Shown here: piece after piece, positions 57,401 to 64,000 of the stretch
Layout of the letters: every line of letters starts with the position of its first letter
Position numbering within the stretch: the first letter of the stretch is position 1
NCBI GenBank assembly: GCA_047495785.1
Contig: JBLDXI010000009.1
Span: forward strand, 2,790,001-2,854,000
Source: Lepidodermella squamata
Lineage: Eukaryota; Animalia; Gastrotricha
Length of the DNA stretch: 64,000 nt
Direction of reading: 5' to 3'
Notes under the pieces: generated by a model
What the model was told of the DNA's origin: nothing
Seen by the model: the letters and a program-made list of their open reading frames with translations, nothing else
Databases searched by the model: none
Program-made: the position numbers and the translations under genes

Positions 57401-60400
57401 ATTTGTCTGGTCGCCGCCTGAGCATACAAACGGACCGTTGATTCACTATAAAATCGAATATCGCCGCCTTAATGCCGACCCTTCGTCCGATGTCGAAGTC
57501 CCAGCGCATACCTTCGTTGTATCGAGTAAACGGCAGTCTGTCCTGATTTCTGGGTTAAAACCGTTTTCGACATATTCCGCGCGTATTATTGCGGAAAATG
57601 CGGTTGGATCGGCTGAAAGTGACTGGATCACCTTTGCGACACCCGAGGCTGCTCCGACCGATTTGCCACCGGTCACGGTCGAGCAGTCACCCACCGGCTC
57701 GGCGGTCACGCTGCGCTGGGACGAGCCGCTGTCACCCAACGGGCGAATCACTCGTTACGCGTTGTATGATATGACGAAAAGTGAATCGTTACTTTGGACT
57801 GGGTCGGGTCGGGTGTTTGAATACCGGCGACTACGCCCGTTCACCACGTATTCGGTCATGTTAGAGGCGTGCACGAATGCGGGATGCTCGAAGACGCAGC
57901 CGCAGACATTCCGAACGGCTGAAGCTCCGCCGGACCTGCTTGACCCGCCTGTTGTCAAGAAGCTGAATGAGCGTAGTGTCCGGCTGAAATGGATGCCTCC
58001 GAAACTACCAAACGGCGAAGTCATCGAATACGAGGTGAGATCAATTTATTTAATACGTATTCTCTCTAATTATGAGAAAATTAAGTAATTCGTTCAATTT
58101 TTGGTACCGTAATGCGATTGCGGACATGGTAACTTTAGACTACTTAGGCTTCGCAGGTACCAAAGATAAATTCTCTGTCTCATCAGCTTTTTCACATAAA
58201 ACTCAAGGTGATTGGAGCTAAATTCAGTTTCAGAAAAACTACCAATAACTGGTCGTTTTGAGAGCGCCTTATTTTCACTTTATAAAGTGTGTTTCCAATG
58301 GAATTCGACATTTTGATTCTTGGCTTTCTCTCCCCGCTGAAATCAAAGAAAAACTAATAATCCGTCGTTGACGTTGTACGGGGTATCTACCCTTATATTG
58401 TAGTTGAAAAATCGGACAACTATATAAATACCCGGCTATATGAATATGCCGCTAAGAAAAAATTGATTTTTCTTGAATGAAAGATGTTGTGTGCAATGAG
58501 CGTCTAAAAATTTTCGCTAAAAGTTAGCCAACTGTTTAAATTGCCAAAAGCTGGATAAACATAGAAAAATTCTCCAAGAAAACCAGGAATTACCTTGCCC
58601 ACCTTTGGTTCAAATTTCAATAGGTTCAAATATGTTTATAGGCTGATTTTCCATCTTCCATTTGCTACAAGTTTCCCCTCGCTATTGTTTTGTTTAGAAT
58701 TTTTTTAGAATTGCTAAAATTTATGAGGGAATGTGAATAAAATTTGAAAAATGAAAAACACGAGTTGGCATGGCCGGTTTTTGAAAGCAGGAGGATTCTT
58801 GATCCCTCACAACTTTGCGCAAGTGCGAAGTAACCTAGCCACAAGGCCCGTGTCTCCCCTCTAACGCTAAAAATGCATTATAAATGGAACTACAAAAGCG
58901 TATTATTGATCCAATATCGACCGAATTTATCTTTCCACTTGTACCTGAACCCTAAAAATCGATTCCTCTGATATTTTAAATTGAAAAAAACCAGAAAAGA
59001 AAAAACTAAATTTCATAAATTTCAATGATTAATCATCTTAGAGGAATCTTAGAAATTCTGTGTGCAAAGGCAATGAGTCATCTACAGAGGATGATTCGTG
59101 TAGTTTCGTCATTTTAATCGATGGAAAACTACCGGGAGGATGAAAATTCGATAATGCGCGTTTCGACCGTCGATTGATAACACGAGCCGAACGGTTAAGT
59201 AGCTTGCATTGACATCATGAACGATGGTCTTGTATGGCTATGCGCTGCAAAACGGCCAGGCTGGTTCGTGTTTTTTATTTTTTTATTTTTTATTACTCGG
59301 CGTTTTTTCTTTTCCAAGTTTATAATACCCCTTTATCACTTGACTGAGGGTTATATTTTTTCATGTTGTGCGCTCTGTGTAATTAGTTGCTGATAAAGGC
59401 CGGTATAGTGTGCATATGCAAATTAACCAGCCGGTTGGTAGTACACACATCACAGATGGCGGTTGCGTGGATTTTACTACTCTAATTTTAAGATCATACT
59501 TCTTGGGATCATTACTTTATTAAGTTTTGCCCCAACGTCAGCCTCATCTGACGACAAACCCAAACCGCGATGACGAGACGTGGTGACTGGCCCTGAGCGC
59601 GAACTTGGCTTCACCTGGTCGGCTGCCTTCACCGGTAGCTGGCCTGGTCAGCCGTTGATGAACGTTCCGGGTTGGTGGCTCTTTAATTAGGGCCACTTCC
59701 GGAGGGGTCAGTCGCTTTCAGAGCGGCTTTTTAAAATAAAAAATGAAAAATTATTTTGAATAGTTCTACATAACTCACTGATGATGTCAACGAAAACATA
59801 ATCGTTAAAATTTGGCGGAACCAGTTAAAATGCTGATGGTTGCCGAAAACGTTAACATCGGGTTTTCTGGGTTTTTGGCTAATTTTCATTTCTTCGATGA
59901 AATCTTGATGAAAAATTATAGAAAAAAAAACTTATGTTGAGAAGGCTGGAATTTGACCTTGGATACTATTTCCATTCAAGTTGTTAATTTTTTTTATAAT
60001 TATAGCTTTTGCGGTTTGAACACCCGTTGGCTAAAGAATCAGATGGCGACATGATGGACGACCTTTTCATGGCTGATATGCGTCGAAAGGCTTTGAGATT
60101 CGCAACAACCACGACGACCAGCACCGTTCGAACCACTGTCGATTTGCCAAAGCAGCGCCGATCTGTAAAAACAGCTGAAGATACGAAAAAGCCCGCCGCT
60201 AAAATGACCTTGGTTCATTTGAACGACAGCGATGCGAAAGTAGTTTTCCGCGTAAAAGCTGACACTTTGGCTGAAAATGGCATGTTTTCATTCATCGACG
60301 ATGATTTGAAGCCATTCACGCGGTTCAAATACCGTTTACGTGCTCGAAACAGCCGTGGCCTGGTTGAAATTGACGGCTTAGATGACTTTGAGACACCCGA

Positions 60401-63400
60401 AGCCGTTCCTACTCGAATTAAACCGCCGCGAGTTTTGGCCGCCGATACAGATGAGCTGCGATTAAGGTGGTCGTTTCCGGTCGAAGCGAATGGTTTACTA
60501 CGATCGATGGCTATTCACAGGCAGCAGTACAACATGGACCATCAGGCTATTAAAGATTCGATCAAGAAAATTTTGATTAAAAGTAAGATTTTGGTTATTT
60601 TTAAGGCGGAATATTTTAAAACAGTTTTTTTTTATACATTTTGAGGTAAAAAAAGCTGTCTACTTCAGCTTATTAATAACTATGATTCATCACTCTTTAT
60701 CGCACACGTTTTTTGTGTAGATTTACCTCTATTTAATCATGCATAAATTCCGCGGGCCCAGTGGCTAGGTTACTTCGCATTCACAGGAAATCAAATCATC
60801 ACTTTGACATTTCACTCTCCAAACCGGCCGCGCAAACCCGCTTTTTTATTTTTATTATTATTTTTTATTTTCATTTTTCATCTATGATATACCTATCTAT
60901 GATATACCTATCTAAACAACCTCTTCTTCTTAAATTTTATTGGATACCATTTTAATCTTATTTTGAAAATTCCAAAGGCTATTTTCTCACAAAATCTTAG
61001 CATGAACCAAAAACAAAAAAGAAGCCCAAACTAGCTTGGGAAACAACAAAAACCAGAATTCTTTCAGTATACATGGCTCCTGAAAAAAATTAAAAGTAAA
61101 AAAAAAATTAAAAAAATTAAATAAAAACACTCACCGGAAGGCCGGTCAACCCGCGTCTCCTCATCTAGTCAACGCGAACCAACTTTGCCATCCGACTCGT
61201 GCCATTACTCAATGGCTTAAACGCGCATTAAGCTGTGTCGGTATTATCGAATTTCCACCGTCACACCTAGTTTTTATCGATCGATCGGGAAGAGAAAATT
61301 CATCGTAGCCGCATCGTGGCTCACATCGAAGTTTTCAACGGTGGGCTACGATGTTGCTACGATGTGTTGTAGCGCGTCGTAGCATTTTGAAAAATCGATA
61401 AGTGACTCAGTGATTGATTTTTTCAAACGTTGTGGATCATGAGGATAGGAATCTGTCGTCGGAATGTCCAGACAGACATGTAAGTCCACGTGTTACACGA
61501 TCCAGGTGATAAGGGAAATAATTTCAGATTCTAGCAGTCTAACTGTAGCATGAATTCAAGAGGGTGAAACGCGAACGGTAGCCTTCTGCTGAATGGATAT
61601 CAAAACACAGATTGCCGGTAGTTGAAGTACACAGAGCCGCACAGAGGACTCGAAACATGATGTTACCTTCCTGGAAGAGTCATTTCGAGAGTATGGGGGC
61701 TCTTCCATGTCAATTCAACCGACGACCAGCCCGTGTTTTCAAACCTGCACAACGGATAGAGCTTTGAAAACGAATGAAGCTTTAGTTTTTGTGATTTTTT
61801 CCTCCGACGCAATGGCGAGGTTAAAAAATTCAAACCTGAAACCCACGCCAAATCTTAGAAACGGTAGTCAAGGAGCTTGTTCTCGCTAACTGTAGCGTTT
61901 CCCGGCGAAAATTTGTTACTGAAGTTACATCTCAATGGTCCCAGTATGCACACATAGTCTCGGCCTGGAATCGTCAATTTTCGCATTTTTTTTAATTCGG
62001 AACCCCCCAAAAGTAGGTATTTTCGGAAGGTCAAACATTCATTCTACTCAATTTTTTCTCCAAATGTTTTGCACCATCGTATTCAGCGTAACAAGTTGTA
62101 ACATGCAACATATGTCGGAATCACGGTGGTTTTCTTCCGTTTCTTGGAATGGAAACGTTCCTCGCCTGATGGAGTGTCCCATCGATTCCATGTTTGGTAC
62201 AAATGCGGCCCCCGGGATAGGCTTTCTAGCAAAACAAACCTCGTCCCACTCGGATTCTCCATCGGTTAGCCCTGGGTTGAAAATAATAGTTTTGGCTGAT
62301 TTTATCAGTTTTTCGAGCCAACTTGGCGCCGAACTCTTATCGCCCGCGTTTCTGTATAATTACTTCCATTTAATCATGCCTATATTGAGCTGGCCCAGTG
62401 GCTAGGTTACTTCGCATTCACACTGAAATTAAATCTTCATTTTGACACAAAAGAAGTCCAAACCACTTTGGGAAATAACAAAAACCAGAATTCTTTCAGT
62501 ATACATGGCTCCTAGAAAAGGAATTAAAAGTAAAAAAAAATTTAAAAAAAAATAAAATAAAAACACTCACCGGGATGCCGGTCAACCCGCACCTCCTCGT
62601 TCCGACTCAATGCGGACCAACATTGCCATCCGGCTCGTGCCATTACTCTATGCCTTAAACGCGCATTAAGCTGTGTCGGTATTATCGAATTTCCACCGTC
62701 ACACGTAGTTTTTTTCGATCGATCGCGAAGGTGAAAACCTATGAATAATTCAGTCATTTTATTTACTGTCCTTCACAGGTTGCCTCTTGGGTAACGAAAA
62801 AATAGAAAATTAAGAGAAAATAAGGACCGAGGCAAAAATCCAAAGAAATCTATTCAAAATACCGATAATTACCGAACCATTTCAATCGGTTTTATCCGGT
62901 TTTATTCTGAAAAATTGAAAATTGGTTTCTGAGGAGCCTTAAATTAAAGTTTGCTAACTTATGAAAATTAAAATTTTCCAAGCAAATTTTCACATTTTTA
63001 AAATAAATTGTCTGTCATTTTTTTTCAGATTTTCACACGCATGATTTTGTCGATTCCGATGTGAAGCCCGATACCGAGTACGCATACGCCATTGAAGCTT
63101 GCACCACAGTCGGCTGCAACATGAGCAGGTGGCGCCATGTAAAGACCCTCGCCCCGCCCCCGGACATGTACTCAGCCCCCTCTGTTTCTAACGTCAACTC
63201 AACCTCAGCAACAATCCACTGGGTTAAACCAGTTTCGAACCGGGCTACAACCTCTCTGGGCAGTGGGCATTTCCTGAGAAGCGCGGCGACGGGTGACGTG
63301 ATCGGTTATCGCATCGCTGTGAATGGGACGGAATATCCGAAATTAATACCGGCCGAAGAGACATTTTACGTACTGAACGAACTAAGACCGTTCCATTTCT

Positions 63401-64000
63401 ACTCAGTCGCTATAGCGGCTTGCGTGAATAAACCGTCATGGGACTCGAACCGCGACGACCCGGACGAAGATCTCGAGCAATTTTTCAAGGAAAATTTCGA
63501 CCAATCCGGCAATCACACTGTTGTTCTATCGAAAGTTCAAGAAATCGTCTCGAGTCGAAGCGGGGCTCTATGCGGGGCCTACTCCCGGCCGGCTACTATT
63601 CAAACGGAAGAGGCCCTACCGAAAAATCTAGCCCCGCCCAGGCCTGTTGCGATCAGTTCGTCCGCGATTGATATTCAATGGCGGGAGCCTGAGGAAACGA
63701 ACGGTTTCATCCTAGAGTACGTTCTCTACCGGAATAACTCGGCGATTTCCTACTGCGATTCCTGCTTCAGTTACATCGATTACGATTTGGAGCCTGCTAC
63801 GGCGTATTCTTACCATCTAACCGCGAGAAATAGCATTGGAACAATTACATCGAGTGAGGCGAATGTGACTACGTTTTTCTCATCGCCGGACGGAATGCCG
63901 CCGCCTAAGGTTAAATCGCTAAGCCCCACCACGGTTCTGGCTACGTGGGAGAAGCCGGTAAAACCGAATGGGGATATCAAAAATTACACGATTTACCTAA
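36416..64000 (+). CDS. USH2A: Usherin orthologue (LamG-like, laminin N-terminal, laminin-EGF array, FN3 repeats, two LamG, Cys-rich region, more FN3); runs beyond window end
   Basis: N-terminus (GSFPNLFNVA..STC..FFCRS..FCDASCPTRSS) and domain order match usherin. About 18 exons in the window, including 38493-39254, 41156-43151, 43686-45659, 46191-48432, 48905-50790, 52541-53736, 56954-58034, 60006-60582 and 63029-64000. Confidence 0.93.
40801..41010 (+). repeat. Diverged dispersed intronic repeat (related copies at ~48516-48722 +, ~62835-62965 -, partial ~59850-59936 -)
   Basis: Shared TGTCCCATAAGT... and ...GG(T/G)AATTTTCGGTATT..GATTTTT(T)CATTC blocks seen by eye. Confidence 0.6.
50951..51042 (-). 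ncRNA. Vault-RNA-like Pol III small RNA, copy 1
   Basis: Minus strand GCGCGGGCCTTGTGGTTCGGTTACTTCG..variable..ACACCGACCACGCCAACCCGCCA TTTTT; CTTAAAAG near -30. Confidence 0.7.
51425..51519 (-). ncRNA. Vault-RNA-like Pol III small RNA, copy 2
   Basis: GCGCGGGCCTTGTGGTTCGGCTACTTCG..CAAACCGGCCACGCCAACCCACGCA TTTTT; CTTAAAAG near -30. Confidence 0.72.
51816..51951 (-). ncRNA. Vault-RNA-like Pol III small RNA, copy 3
   Basis: GGCATGAGCCTAGTGGCACGGTTACTTCG..TAAACCGGCCGCGCTATCTCATGCC TTTTT; ATATATAG near -30. Confidence 0.75.
52113..52260 (-). ncRNA. Vault-RNA-like Pol III small RNA, copy 4 (longest)
   Basis: GGCATGGGCCTCGTGGCACGGCTACTTCG..ACACCGGCCGCGCTAACCCATGC TTTTT; TATATAAAG near -30. Confidence 0.75.
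53805..53914 (-). ncRNA. Vault-RNA-like Pol III small RNA, copy 5
   Basis: GGCACGGGCCTTATGGTTCGGTTACTTCG..CAAACCGGCCGTGCAAACCCGTG TTTTT; TATATAAG near -30. Confidence 0.75.
54760..54897 (-). ncRNA. Vault-RNA-like Pol III small RNA, copy 6 (paralogue of copy 3; internal T4, possibly defective)
   Basis: GGCATGAGCCTAGTGGCACGGTTACTTCTTTTCAC..TAAACCGGCCGCGCCAACTCATGTC TTTTT; TATAAAG near -30. Confidence 0.65.
55421..55531 (-). ncRNA. Vault-RNA-like Pol III small RNA, copy 7
   Basis: GCATGGGCCACGTGGTTAGGTTACTTCG..CAAACCGGCCATGCAAACCCATG TTTTTTTT. Confidence 0.72.
56264..56617. mobile_element. Foldback-type MITE (long TIRs built of ~14-15-bp GAGCAAA(A)CGA subrepeats), 8-bp TSD
   Basis: Ends GGTTCTATGTCAATTGAGC / GCTCAATTGACATAGAACC. 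Near-perfect arms of ~145-175 bp around a short AT spacer. TSD GATGCTGG at 56256-56263 and 56618-56625. Confidence 0.92.
56739..56838 (-). ncRNA. Vault-RNA-like Pol III small RNA, copy 8
   Basis: GCATGGGCCATGTGGCTAGGTTACTTCG..CAAACCGGCTATGCAAACCCATG TTTTT; TATATAAG near -30. Confidence 0.75.
58754..58854 (-). ncRNA. Vault-RNA-like Pol III small RNA, copy 9
   Basis: GACACGGGCCTTGTGGCTAGGTTACTTCG..AAAACCGGCCATGCCAACTCGTG TTTTT; TTTATAA near -30. Confidence 0.73.
59180..59276 (+). ncRNA. Divergent member of the same small-RNA family, copy 10
   Basis: ACACGAGCCGAACGGTTAAGTAGCTTGCA..TGCAAAACGGCCAGGCTGGTTCGTG TTTTTT. Same spacing and closing stem as the other copies; core motif altered. Confidence 0.6.
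59490..59727 (+). ncRNA. U3: U3 small nucleolar RNA
   Basis: All U3 boxes in order: A'/A AAGATCATACTT..GGGATCAT, C' GATGACGAG, B CTGAGCGCGAA, C TTGATGA(ACG) and D (variant CAGA) + GCGG. Stems CCGC/GCGG and TGACTGGCCCT/AGGGGTCAGTCG. Length about 238 nt. Confidence 0.88.
60750..60847 (+). ncRNA. Vault-RNA-like Pol III small RNA, copy 11
   Basis: GCGGGCCCAGTGGCTAGGTTACTTCG..CCAAACCGGCCGCGCAAACCCGC TTTTTT; upstream TATA less clear. Confidence 0.72.
61123..61203 (-). ncRNA. Divergent short member of the same family, copy 12
   Basis: GGCACGAGTCGGATGGCAAAGTTGGTTCGCGT..ACGCGGGTTGACCGGCCTTCCGGTGAGTG TTTTT. Confidence 0.55.
62387..62447 (+). pseudogene. 3'-truncated copy 13 of the small-RNA family (paralogue of copy 11)
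   Basis: GGCCCAGTGGCTAGGTTACTTCGCATTCAC is retained with a copy-11-like upstream flank. The 3' arm and terminator are deleted. Confidence 0.7.
62559..62641 (-). ncRNA. Divergent short member of the same family, copy 14 (paralogue of copy 12)
   Basis: GGCACGAGCCGGATGGCAATGTTGGTCCGCAT..GTGCGGGTTGACCGGCATCCCGGTGAGTG TTTTT. Confidence 0.55.

Noticed and set aside
59555-59566. CAAACCCAAACC resembling a telomerase RNA template
   Set aside because: It lies in the 3' hinge region of a sequence with all U3 boxes in order.
61935-62405. 156-aa ORF in an usherin intron
   Set aside because: No recognisable homology, and it runs into the truncated RNA gene; likely chance or a repeat remnant.
50951-62641. 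CRISPR array or integron attC-like cassette array interpretation of the repeated hairpins
   Set aside because: Eukaryotic intronic context, irregular spacing, mixed orientation, and no cas, integrase or cassette ORFs. TATA and oligo-T polarity fit transcribed genes better.
50951-62641. tRNA genes, tRNA-derived SINEs, pre-miRNAs or MITEs as the identity of the repeats
   Set aside because: No cloverleaf or intact GTTCRA. No TSDs or poly-A tails seen. The upstream TATA is retained. The stems are interrupted by fixed internal loops and the arms are asymmetric. Not fully excluded without a genome-wide count.

Overview
Compact, intron-rich eukaryotic DNA from an animal, probably an invertebrate (many introns of about 50 bp). 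The organism cannot be identified from the window. The left 36 kb holds a smoothelin-like CH-domain gene, RNF5/185, VPS45, a CNNM transporter, SNRPG, PSMF1 (PI31), a REEP and a Ly6/three-finger gene. It also holds a hAT-type MITE with an 8-bp TSD and a 5'-truncated LINE with an unbroken RT frame. From 36416 to beyond the window end runs an usherin (USH2A) orthologue. Main observation: four consecutive enlarged USH2A introns (50.8-63.0 kb) contain 14 copies (13 complete, 1 truncated) of a small structured RNA gene family of about 75-145 nt. Most copies have a TATA-like box near -30, an A-box-like 5' end followed by GGTTACTTCG, a hypervariable centre, a degenerate B-box-like AAACCGGCC, a covarying 5'/3' closing stem and an oligo-T terminator. 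This layout matches RNA polymerase III vault-RNA genes (inference). A U3 snoRNA gene and a foldback MITE lie inside the same cluster. Exon boundaries and RNA 5' ends were read by eye and may be off by a few bases.
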